From a virus (Duplodnaviria; Caudoviricetes): a stretch of 34,601 nt of DNA. Each line of letters starts with the position of its first letter. Position 1 is the first letter of the stretch. The notes beneath the pieces are model-generated. The model worked only from the letters and a program-made list of their open reading frames with translations, was not told the DNA's origin and did no database searches. Below, piece by piece: positions 16,133 through 24,099 of the stretch. The position numbers were made by a program, and so were the translations under genes. The stretch lies in the IMG/VR virus record IMGVR_UViG_3300037789_000041, positions 1 to 34,601 of that record; one strand, given 5' to 3'.

Positions 16133-16281
16133 CCCCCACAGAACTCGAAAAACATCAAGCGGTAGAAGTCGCCAAACTCCGCCTTAGGATAGCAGGGAAG
16201 GGGCAGAGGCAGACGGCTTACAAGAAGCTTGTCGCTGCCAAGTGCGCGGAACTGCAAGACGAACTGCGGAGGTATGGATGA
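16129..16281 (+). CDS. Hypothetical protein, 50 aa
   Basis: ATGA coupling at both ends, AGGAGG RBS. Confidence 0.55.
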   Translation: MTPTELEKHQAVEVAKLRLRIAGKGQRQTAYKKLVAAKCAELQDELRRYG

Positions 16282-16658
16282 CGCTTACGCTTGATGATTC
16301 GAACCGCAACCAGCAAGACTGGATGTATGTGCAAACACGGCCAATTTACAAGACTGAAGGGTTTAGAGCGCCTACCTTTCTTGCGCATCAAATTATAGCG
16401 GAGACAGCAGAAAAGCACGGCATAACAGTACGGCAAATGAAGCAAGGTGGGCGGGCGCGCATGTATTCGTGGCCGCGTCAAGAGGCTATGTATCGAATAT
16501 ACACCGAGTTGCACGGATATTCGCTGCCTCGGATCGGAAGGCTACTTGGTGGGCGAGACCACACCACAGTAATTCACGGCATTCGCCGCTTTGCCGAACG
16601 TTCGGGGCACACTAAGCGCGTAAAAAACCTGTTGGGAAAAGGGGCTTTGCCAGAATGA
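16278..16658 (+). CDS. DnaA C-terminal (domain IV) HTH protein
   Basis: PRQEAMY..SLPRIGRLLGGRDHTTVIHG. Confidence 0.8.
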   Translation: MTLTLDDSNRNQQDWMYVQTRPIYKTEGFRAPTFLAHQIIAETAEKHGITVRQMKQGGRARMYSWPRQEAMYRIYTELHGYSLPRIGRLLGGRDHTTVIHGIRRFAERSGHTKRVKNLLGKGALPE

Positions 16659-17557
16659 GCGGCCCCCGCTTTTCCATTGTTCCTGGGCGCGCGGCAACCG
16701 ATGCACGCATGACGCTTTCCACCCTGCGAGTGCTGGCCGCTCTTGGTCGCCACACGAACGCAGAGGGGTGGTGCTTTATCAATCAAGGAAGGCTTGCCCA
16801 TGAGCTTGGTGTAAGCCGTCAGGCGGTCAATATGGCCGTTAAGAAACTTGTCGAGTGGGACTATCTGGAAAAGCGCGCTACACGCCGGAAGGACGGCGGC
16901 AACGGCGTCTGCGATTACCGGGTGAAACTTGACCAAAACACGGAAGCCGAACCGGAAGAACTGTCAACTGGCGATGACACCCCCCTGTCAACCTCAGACT
17001 TTACAGGGGCTGTCAACTCTGGGGCTGACAGGCCCCTGTCAACTCTGGAGTTTACAACAGTAACGACACATGAAGGAACGACCCCTATCAACGATATAGA
17101 TAGGGATTTTGCAGAGTGGTACGCAGCCTGTCCACGCAAGCAGGCCCGTGAACGAGCAAAACGTGCCTATTTGGCAGCCCGGAAGAAAACAGACGCAAAA
17201 ACGCTTCTTGAGGGCATTCAGCGCTACACCGCGTGGTGCCAATCGTCGCCTCCAACCGAAACCAAATTCACGCAACTGCCTGCCACATGGCTGAACGGCG
17301 GCGGCTGGGACGATGAACTCACGCCGAAAGACGGGAAGGCGCAATCGGTAAAGCTGGATTTGCCTGGCGTGCCCATCACGCTGCACCACCCTGCCCGCCG
17401 TGACTGGATCAGGCACTGGGAGGGCCGGGAGCGCGAGGGCGACGGCGCGGCCAGCATGAAACTGACCTGGTACGTCGCAGACAAGACCGTGCGCGAAGAC
17501 ACCGAATACCCACCGGGAACACGTCCCACCACCCAACCCAAGGAGGCAGCGGAATGA
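16655..17557 (+). CDS. Replication initiator (N-terminal wHTH)
   Basis: QGRLAHELGVSRQAVNMAVKKLVEWDYL; FAEWYAACPRK..PATWLNGGGWDDE; iterons inside the gene. Confidence 0.75.
   Translation: MSGPRFSIVPGRAATDARMTLSTLRVLAALGRHTNAEGWCFINQGRLAHELGVSRQAVNMAVKKLVEWDYLEKRATRRKDGGNGVCDYRVKLDQNTEAEPEELSTGDDTPLSTSDFTGAVNSGADRPLSTLEFTTVTTHEGTTPINDIDRDFAEWYAACPRKQARERAKRAYLAARKKTDAKTLLEGIQRYTAWCQSSPPTETKFTQLPATWLNGGGWDDELTPKDGKAQSVKLDLPGVPITLHHPARRDWIRHWEGREREGDGAASMKLTWYVADKTVREDTEYPPGTRPTTQPKEAAE
16961..17056. repeat. Four iterons, probable replication origin
   Basis: CTGTCAAC at 16961, 16985, 17010, 17036, each ending TGACA/TTACA (imperfect palindromes). Confidence 0.75.
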
Positions 17558-17808
17558 GTGAGAAACGATTTTTTGTGGTGATTGATGACCGGCTGTGGAA
17601 GTCCGCCGCGAGAGACCTGATTTCGTGCTGTTCGTTGTTGGTGGCCGTTGCCGTCGGAGTGGTGGTTGATAGCTCCGCGCTGCAATGGATCGGCGGCCTT
17701 ATGTGGGTGCTGTGGTTTTTTGCCCGCACGTCGCGCGACGTGAAAAACAAGACGTACGGCACGATTGCGGAGGCCCGCGCGGCACTGGACGAATTGGAGG
17801 AGTCATGA
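17554..17808 (+). CDS. Membrane protein
   Basis: 84 aa, two TM segments, AAGGAGG RBS, ATGA coupling. Confidence 0.6.
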   Translation: MSEKRFFVVIDDRLWKSAARDLISCCSLLVAVAVGVVVDSSALQWIGGLMWVLWFFARTSRDVKNKTYGTIAEARAALDELEES

Positions 17809-18083
17809 CAGCCGAACTCATCCATGACCCCACCATCCTAGGCCATGTGCCTAGCTGGGATGTGCGCAATCTCCTTCGCTCACCTTACGCGAAAGCCGAG
17901 TGCTTGAAAGCCTTTCAGGAAGGCGTGAAGGGCGAGAGAAATCAGCACACAGACGGAACCCTGTTGAGCTTCATGCATGAGATAGGCGCAACAAACGAGC
18001 GCCAGCGAAAGCGCGTGAAGGAACTGGCAGCCGAGGTTGACCGGCTCACCAACCCCGTAGCCATGGAGGCGAATGACGAATGA
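17805..18083 (+). CDS. Hypothetical protein
   Basis: 92 aa from ATG 17805, GGAGGAG RBS. Confidence 0.55.
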   Translation: MTAELIHDPTILGHVPSWDVRNLLRSPYAKAECLKAFQEGVKGERNQHTDGTLLSFMHEIGATNERQRKRVKELAAEVDRLTNPVAMEANDE

Positions 18084-18691
18084 CACAAACCCCCGAAATG
18101 GCCCGTCTTGTTGAGCGCGCGAAGATTCAGGACGCACTGGAATACGGCAAGGCAGTGCTTGTCCGCGATGGTGAGCGCTCCCGCAAGACGGACGTGGTAT
18201 GGTTCCTGTTGTGTGAAGCGGCGGAAACCCACCTTGCCACACCCGACAAAGAGCGCAAGTGGTTGTATCACTCCTGTGTGTCCGGAATGCCGGAATACGT
18301 CCACACGAAAGAGGAGCTGGCGGAAGCCTTCGGCACCATGGTGCAGCGTGTGCAGGCCGGTGAGGAGCCCAAGGACACGGGGCCGCGCCGCCCGAACCCA
18401 TCCCAGCAGGCCCGTGACCGCTACCTGACCTGCATGTCATTCCTGCGCTATGTCTCAGGCAAGGGAATGCGGGCCAAAAAGCGCAACCGGCAGATACTGT
18501 TCGCCCTCGCCTGTGGGGTTAGCGGACCCGACATTGCGCGCCGGATGGGGCTGCGCTCCCGCAACTCTGCCTATGCCGTCCGCGACCGCTGCTTGGAAGA
18601 GATTGCACACAAGATATACCAGATTGCATTTTCTTCGCCACAAGGGGTTGACGGATTGGGCAAGAATGTGCAACGTATGGAGCATGTCTAG
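18080..18691 (+). CDS. Putative late-gene regulator with C-terminal HTH (Q position)
   Basis: VSGPDIARRMGLRSRNSAYAVRDRCLEEI; last gene before the RNA island and packaging genes. Confidence 0.6.
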   Translation: MTQTPEMARLVERAKIQDALEYGKAVLVRDGERSRKTDVVWFLLCEAAETHLATPDKERKWLYHSCVSGMPEYVHTKEELAEAFGTMVQRVQAGEEPKDTGPRRPNPSQQARDRYLTCMSFLRYVSGKGMRAKKRNRQILFALACGVSGPDIARRMGLRSRNSAYAVRDRCLEEIAHKIYQIAFSSPQGVDGLGKNVQRMEHV

Positions 18692-18727
18692 GAATTGCGC
18701 CCGCAAACTATGTGGGTGCCAAGTAAT

Positions 18728-18819
18728 CCAGCGGCGGCTATTGCCAGCCGAGCGAATGACCTCAAGTGCACTCTTGAGACCCCGCATTGAACGCTGGGCG
18801 TTGCGACCCGGCCCGCTGG
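18728..18819 (+). ncRNA. tRNA-shaped structured RNA, copy A
   Basis: Closing stem CCAGCGG/CCGCTGG and three arms; covaries with copy B. Confidence 0.65.
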
Positions 18820-18886
18820 TAACTAATATGGTGGCGAGATGAACGAGTCAGAGGCAAAGAAGGGCCGACCACACCCTACGCATTTT

Positions 18887-18965
18887 CTGTGCGTGGGGAA
18901 GTCTGGCCTATCCCGCCTCACTCGGACTGAGGAGACCGCAGGTTCGAATCCTGCCGCGCAGACCA
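18887..18965 (+). tRNA. tRNA-Pro(CGG)
   Basis: Cloverleaf: CTGTGCG/CGCGCAG, CCTCA-CTCGGAC-TGAGG, GCAGG-TTCGAAT-CCTGC, A73, CCA. Confidence 0.9.
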
Positions 18966-18991
18966 CTCTTTGGCGGCGAAGCTGAAACAGT

Positions 18992-19068
18992 CTTCGCGTA
19001 GCTCAACTGGATAGAGTCCCCGGCTTCGAACCGGGCGGTTGTGGGTTCGAATCCTACCGCGAAGGCCA
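18992..19068 (+). tRNA. tRNA-Arg(TCG)
   Basis: CTTCGCG/CGCGAAG, CCCGG-CTTCGAA-CCGGG, GTGGG-TTCGAAT-CCTAC, CCA. Confidence 0.9.
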
Positions 19069-19069
19069 C

Positions 19070-19143
19070 GTTGGTGTGGTCTAATGGTAAGACGGCGGCT
19101 TCCAACCCCGCAAATCAGGGTTCGACTCCTTGCACCAGCGCCA
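19070..19143 (+). tRNA. tRNA-Trp(CCA), with a C31.C39 mismatch
   Basis: GTTGGTG/CACCAGC, GCGGC-TTCCAAC-CCCGC, CAGGG-TTCGACT-CCTTG, G73, CCA. Confidence 0.75.
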
Positions 19144-19147
19144 TTTG

Positions 19148-19221
19148 TCCCGCTTCGTCTAATGGTAGGACGCCGGGATTTGGCCCCGGAAATCGGGGTT
19201 CGAGTCCTTGAGCGGGAACCA
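19148..19221 (+). tRNA. tRNA-Gln(TTG)
   Basis: TCCCGCT/AGCGGGA (U1-A72), CCGGG-ATTTGGC-CCCGG, T arm TTCGAGT, CCA. Confidence 0.9.
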
Positions 19222-19423
19222 TACAGATTGGACCTGACTGGGAAAGACGGCCAATAACACCCTCTACGCCTCTCACTGAAGTGCCTCATGAGGGTTTCTT
19301 TCAGCCCCGCCCCTCCCACTAGAGGGTGCGGGGTTTCTACGTTCAAGAACACCCCACTCCCCCGCGAGACACACACCTAAGCCCAGAGCTTTAACACCAG
19401 GCGGTGAGGGGTGGGGAACCTAA

Positions 19424-19516
19424 TTGGCGGCGGCGTGCGCACCGTCGAGCGAGGGACCTTGCCGTCGCAGGCAAGACTCCGCCCTGAAAGCTGGGATTTG
19501 CGCCCCGGCCCGCCAA
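19424..19516 (+). ncRNA. tRNA-shaped structured RNA, copy B
   Basis: Closing stem TTGGCGG/CCGCCAA; same arms and linkers as copy A. Confidence 0.65.
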
Positions 19517-19553
19517 TACCTATCGGCCCACCGCCGATGCCTCCCTGTACCTA

Positions 19554-19590
19554 GACCCGCTGCCCTTAACCGGGTGGCGGGTTATTTTTT
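19554..19590 (+). terminator. Intrinsic terminator-like hairpin
   Basis: GACCCGCTGCCC-TTAACC-GGGTGGCGGGTT followed by ATTTTTT. Confidence 0.65.
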
Positions 19591-19758
19591 AGGGAGCCGG
19601 AACGGGGGCACAGCCTGCGCCAACAGGCTGCACTTGAGTGACCTAACCCACTCATGGCCAGACAATCCCAGGCTTGCCAGAAGCCACCCCGCTACCGTGT
19701 ACACGGCGGGGCAACGTTACCCTGTGCCATGCGAGAAAAACAGAGGTGACGGCTTGTT

Positions 19759-20034
19759 ATGTCGCGCGACGCTCCATCCAACGACGTGTCCCATCTACAG
19801 ATCCTGACCGAAATGCGGGAGGGCTTGGGACGGGTAGACGAGCGCTTGCTGACAATCGAGCGGGAGATAGGCGACCTGAAACGGTCGGCCGACGCAATGG
19901 ACGAACGCCAACGCCAGTTGGTGACAGATGTTGAACAAGCCAAGGGCGGCATTGCGATGGCCAAGTGGCTATGGCTTGCCTGCGTAGGCGCTGCCGGGCT
20001 TGTGGTGGCCTTCTGGGGCCGGATTACAGGATAG
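19759..20034 (+). CDS. Coiled-coil protein with C-terminal TM (XhlA/DUF1515-like; possible holin or antiholin)
   Basis: Heptad coiled coil then WLWLACVGAAGLVVAFW; GAGGTG RBS. Confidence 0.55.
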   Translation: MSRDAPSNDVSHLQILTEMREGLGRVDERLLTIEREIGDLKRSADAMDERQRQLVTDVEQAKGGIAMAKWLWLACVGAAGLVVAFWGRITG

Positions 20035-20041
20035 CGCCGCA

Positions 20042-20422
20042 ATGTGCCACCTCTGCCCTCATCTCAAAAACAGGATCGACGAGCTGGAGGAGGAGGTGCG
20101 CCAGCTACGCGAGACAGCCGGCATCACGCTCCCTGAGTTTGGACTGACCGACAGCGAGTGGCAGGTCATCGGACCCTTGTTCAAGCGCCACCGCGCCGGA
20201 CAGGAGCCCGCCATATCCCATGACCAGATACACACACTCTACAAGCCCCGCCAGGCTGACGCAGACGACACGGACCCTCACACCATCAAGGTGTTGGTAA
20301 GCCGCGCCCGCAAGAAACTGAAGCCCTATGGCTGGGAGATACAGCCCATCTACGGCAAGGGCTACACACTCGTTAAGACACCGGGGTTCAAGGACAATGC
20401 CCGCAACAAAAACGCCGCCTAA
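20042..20422 (+). CDS. Stand-alone OmpR/CtrA-type winged-helix DNA-binding protein
   Basis: LTDSEWQVI..IKVLVSRARKKL..IQPIYGKGYTL; N-terminal CxxC and coiled coil, no receiver domain. Confidence 0.7.
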   Translation: MCHLCPHLKNRIDELEEEVRQLRETAGITLPEFGLTDSEWQVIGPLFKRHRAGQEPAISHDQIHTLYKPRQADADDTDPHTIKVLVSRARKKLKPYGWEIQPIYGKGYTLVKTPGFKDNARNKNAA

Positions 20423-20741
20423 GGGCGGTAAGCCGGACAAGTTGATGCGCGACGCCATCATGGTAGCGCTGAAGCGTGAGGCGACAGACGCCGACGGTAA
20501 AAAAACCCGCAAGCTCAACCAGATAGCAACCAAACTCGTGGAGTTGGCGGTTAACGGCGACATGCAGGCAATCAAGGAGATCGGCGACCGGGTTGATGGG
20601 CGTCCAGCGCAGGCAATGGAACTGACCGGCAAGGACGGTGGCCCGGTGGAAATCGAAACCAATGCCCGCGAACAGCTTGCACGTATCGTCTCTCGCCACA
20701 CTTCCGCAGGAGACGCAACAGAAGATACTGGCGGAGCTTAG
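20397..20741 (+). CDS. Terminase small subunit
   Basis: GDMQAIKEIGDRVDGRP..ELTGKDGGPV; immediately upstream of TerL. Confidence 0.7.
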   Translation: MPATKTPPKGGKPDKLMRDAIMVALKREATDADGKKTRKLNQIATKLVELAVNGDMQAIKEIGDRVDGRPAQAMELTGKDGGPVEIETNAREQLARIVSRHTSAGDATEDTGGA

Positions 20742-21996
20742 TCAGGAGCAGGCAGAAGCCCTGCTACATGACTGGGAATTCTTCGCCCGCCCCGAACAAC
20801 TGCCGCCGCCCGGTGAATGGTCCACATGGCTTGTCATGGCAGGGCGCGGCTTCGGCAAGACCCGGTGCGGTGCTGAATGGGTAAGGGCGCGCATCAAGGC
20901 TGGATACGGACGTATCGCCTTGGTCGCCCCGACAGCAGCCGACGCCCGCGACGTGATGGTCGAAGGCGAAAGCGGGCTGGCAGCCGTATGCTGGGAACAT
21001 GACAGGGACCACAAGGGCAACGTCATAGGCCGCCCGCTGTACGAGCCGTCTAAGCGCAAGCTGACATGGGCCAACGGTGCGACGGCGCACACATATTCGG
21101 CAGAAGAGCCGGACCGACTGCGCGGCCCGCAGCATGATTCAGCGTGGTGCGATGAAACGGCTGCATGGAAGGCCCCGGACACCTGGGACATGCTGTTGTT
21201 TGGCCTGCGCCTTGGCATGGACCCGCGAATAATTGCCACGACCACACCGAAGCCCGTGAGGCTGGTGCGTGAGGTGGCAAAAGACCCCGGCACGGTAATT
21301 ACACGAGGCAGCACATTCGACAATGCGGCGAACCTTGCCCCTCGCGCCTTGGAGGCATTCCGCCGCAAGTATGAAGGCACCCGGCTCGGCAAGCAGGAGC
21401 TGTACGCCGAACTGCTTGAGGAATCCGAGGGCGCGCTGTGGACACGGGCGCTGATAGAGGCAGCCTGCACACGGCCAATGCCGCCCGCAGCCGATATGAA
21501 GCGGATTGTCATTGCCGTTGACCCGGCAGTGACGGCCAAGGCTGAAAGCGACGAGACAGGCATTGTGGCCGCTGGTGTTGATGCCAAGCGCGACGGCCAT
21601 GTGTTGCGTGACATTTCGGGGCGGTACTCCCCGGAGCAATGGGCTCGCCGGACGGTGCTGCTGTATGACGAATTAAAGGCCGACCGGGTTGTCGTGGAAG
21701 ACAATCAGGGTGGTGACATGGTGGAAAGCGTCTTGCGGCAAGTGTCGCCAACGCTGCCCATCAAGAGGGTGCATGCCCACACCGGCAAGGCGGTGCGTGC
21801 GGAGCCGGTTGCAGCGCTCTATGAGCAGCGCCGTGTCAGCCATGCGCCCGGACTATCGGATCTGGAAGACCAAATGTGCATCTGGGAGCCGCTGTCAGGG
21901 CAGAAGTCGCCCGACCGGCTGGATGCGCTCGTTTACGCACTGCGAGAGCTTATGCTGGGCAGCCAATCGGATGGCCCGAGAATAGGGAGGCTGTAG
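20662..21996 (+). CDS. terL: Terminase large subunit
   Basis: Walker A AGRGFGKT, LRGPQ..WCDE, TTTP, VIAVDPA nuclease, SPDRLDA; start uncertain (20638 or 20662). Confidence 0.92.
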   Translation: MPANSLHVSSLATLPQETQQKILAELSQEQAEALLHDWEFFARPEQLPPPGEWSTWLVMAGRGFGKTRCGAEWVRARIKAGYGRIALVAPTAADARDVMVEGESGLAAVCWEHDRDHKGNVIGRPLYEPSKRKLTWANGATAHTYSAEEPDRLRGPQHDSAWCDETAAWKAPDTWDMLLFGLRLGMDPRIIATTTPKPVRLVREVAKDPGTVITRGSTFDNAANLAPRALEAFRRKYEGTRLGKQELYAELLEESEGALWTRALIEAACTRPMPPAADMKRIVIAVDPAVTAKAESDETGIVAAGVDAKRDGHVLRDISGRYSPEQWARRTVLLYDELKADRVVVEDNQGGDMVESVLRQVSPTLPIKRVHAHTGKAVRAEPVAALYEQRRVSHAPGLSDLEDQMCIWEPLSGQKSPDRLDALVYALRELMLGSQSDGPRIGRL

Positions 21997-21998
21997 AC

Positions 21999-23318
21999 TT
22001 GGGCATTCGTGACGCATGGCGCGCTCTTAGGGGGCAGCCGCTCCCGCAGGAGATGAAAGCCAGCCGCACGGCCCCAGTCATGGTGCAATGGCGCGTAGGC
22101 CAGCCGCAGGGCACGCCGCGCGACTATGCACACCTGGCAGCCGAAGGCTACCGCGACAACATCATCGGCTATCGGTGCATCAATCTGATTACCGAAAATG
22201 CCGCCAAGGTGCCGCTTATGCTGCGCACCAAGTCAGACAACAAGGCCATTGAAAACCACCCGCTGCTTGATCTGCTGGCGCGCCCGAACCCGGTGCAGTC
22301 CGGGGCGTCGTTCCTGCAATCCGCATATGGCTTTTTCCTGCTGTCGGGCAACAGCTACATTGAGGCGGTCGGCCCGCTGAACAAGCCGCCGATGGAACTA
22401 TACCCGCTGCGCCCGGATCGCATGAAAGTTATTCCTGGCGAAACGGGCATACCGGCAGCTTATGAATACACAGTCGGGTCAAAGAAAATTCAGTTTCCGC
22501 TGGACCCGGTGACCGGCATTGGCGAGTGCTTGCACGTCAAGGCGTTTAACCCGCTAAATGACTGGTACGGAATGGCCCCGATTGAGGCCGCTGCATGGTC
22601 TATTGACCAGCACAACGAAGCTGGCAAATGGAATACGTCGCTCTTGCAGAATGGGGCGCGTCCCTCTGGCGCTGTGGTTTATGCGCCCAAGGACGGCAGC
22701 GACGCCATGACGGATGAGCAGCGCGCTATGCTTCGCAGCCAGATTGACGAGACATTTACGGGCGGAGATAACGCAGGCCGCCCCTTGCTGCTGGAAGGCG
22801 GCATGGACTGGAAGGAAATGGCACTATCCCCCAAGGATATGGATTGGCTTAAGGGCAAGGACGTGTCAGCCCGCGAAGTAGCGCTGGCGTTTAACGTGCC
22901 CAGCCAGCTTGTAGGCATTGAAGGCAGCCAGACATTCGCCAACTTCGAGCAGGCGCGGCTTTCACTTTATGACGATGCCGTGCTGCCGCTGGTGGATCTG
23001 CTTGTCGATGAACTGAATTACTGGCTTGTGCCGCGCTACGGCGACGACCTGGTTCTTTCCTATGATGAAGATGCGATTTCGGCACTTGAGCCGCGCCGTC
23101 GTGAGCGCTGGGAGAAGGTGCAGCAGTCAACTGTGCTGACCATCAACGAAAAGCGCGAAGCCATGGGCTATGACAACATCGGCCCGGAAGGTGATGTTAT
23201 CTTTGTTGAGGCATCCAAGCTGCCGCTGGGCTATGAGCCTGCCGGTGATGAGCCGCCAGAGGGTGGTGTAACGGAAGAGGAAGCGCAGGAACAGGCCAAA
23301 GCCGCTTACGGTGCCTAA
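21999..23318 (+). CDS. HK97-family portal protein
   Basis: HPLLDLLARPNP, LRPDRM, NGARPSG, LTINEKR; TTG start after GGGAGG. Confidence 0.92.
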   Translation: MGIRDAWRALRGQPLPQEMKASRTAPVMVQWRVGQPQGTPRDYAHLAAEGYRDNIIGYRCINLITENAAKVPLMLRTKSDNKAIENHPLLDLLARPNPVQSGASFLQSAYGFFLLSGNSYIEAVGPLNKPPMELYPLRPDRMKVIPGETGIPAAYEYTVGSKKIQFPLDPVTGIGECLHVKAFNPLNDWYGMAPIEAAAWSIDQHNEAGKWNTSLLQNGARPSGAVVYAPKDGSDAMTDEQRAMLRSQIDETFTGGDNAGRPLLLEGGMDWKEMALSPKDMDWLKGKDVSAREVALAFNVPSQLVGIEGSQTFANFEQARLSLYDDAVLPLVDLLVDELNYWLVPRYGDDLVLSYDEDAISALEPRRRERWEKVQQSTVLTINEKREAMGYDNIGPEGDVIFVEASKLPLGYEPAGDEPPEGGVTEEEAQEQAKAAYGA

Positions 23319-23320
23319 GA

Positions 23321-24097
23321 ATGGCTCTGCTGCTATCACCTAGTCGCGCCGCGCTTAGACGGGAGTGGGCATCGCAGACACGGGCACGGGCTTCGCTGCA
23401 AGCCAGCTTGACGCGGGCTGCCTATGACGAAATTGCCCGTGCTGGTGGGGCCGCTGCGGCGGGCTTTGAAGCCTCCGGCGATCAGGGCATCACTATTGCG
23501 CTGGAAGGGCACCAGACGCGCCTTGAAGCCCTGCTGATGCAGAACTACCGACGCACATTCGCCGTGTTCGGTGAGCGCATTCTGGAAGACGGCAAGTCGT
23601 TCGGTGTGGCTGAGACCAAAGACGCGGAAAACATCTTTGCCCGGTTTGCGGGCGAGTGGATACGCCGGTGGGCTGCGGTTAAGGCCACGATGATTGCAGA
23701 GACCACATTGCGCGACATACAGGCGGCTATTCTTGAGGGCGTGGCAGAGGGCGACGGCATTCCGGTTATCGCCGGGCGTATCCGCAGCCGCACCGCTGGC
23801 ATGATAGGCCGGGCACGGGCAAACGTCATCGCCCGCACTGAGACGCACGCCGCATCGCAGGCGGCACAAGACGAAGCGCTTGGGGCACTTGGGCGCCCTG
23901 ACACGCGCCGGGAATGGGTTGCGGCCTTTGATGGGCGCACCCGCGAAACACACAGGATTGCAGACGGCCAGGTCCGCCGCTTGGGCGACGCGTTCGACGT
24001 TGGCGGGGCCAAGCTGAAATATCCGGGCGACCCGGACGGCCCTGCAAGTGAGATCATTATGTGCCGCTGTATCGCTGCGGCGGTTATCGGGGAATAG
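23321..24097 (+). CDS. Minor head protein (MuF / SPP1 gp7 family)
   Basis: RANVIARTETH, REWVAAFDGRTRETH, YPGDP..IIMCRC. Confidence 0.85.
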   Translation: MALLLSPSRAALRREWASQTRARASLQASLTRAAYDEIARAGGAAAAGFEASGDQGITIALEGHQTRLEALLMQNYRRTFAVFGERILEDGKSFGVAETKDAENIFARFAGEWIRRWAAVKATMIAETTLRDIQAAILEGVAEGDGIPVIAGRIRSRTAGMIGRARANVIARTETHAASQAAQDEALGALGRPDTRREWVAAFDGRTRETHRIADGQVRRLGDAFDVGGAKLKYPGDPDGPASEIIMCRCIAAAVIGE

Positions 24098-24099
24098 AC

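Noticed and set aside
18648-18676. Late promoter TTGACG-17-CAACGT
   Set aside because: Position is plausible but the -10 is too weak to call from sequence alone
19070-19143. Reading this tRNA as Gly(TCC)
   Set aside because: That register pairs only 3/5 of the anticodon stem versus 4/5 for CCA, and G73 fits Trp rather than Gly
18908-19807. ORFs overlapping the RNA island (18918..19376, 19039..19257, 19424..19807)
   Set aside because: They overlap tRNAs and structured RNAs and have no protein-like features
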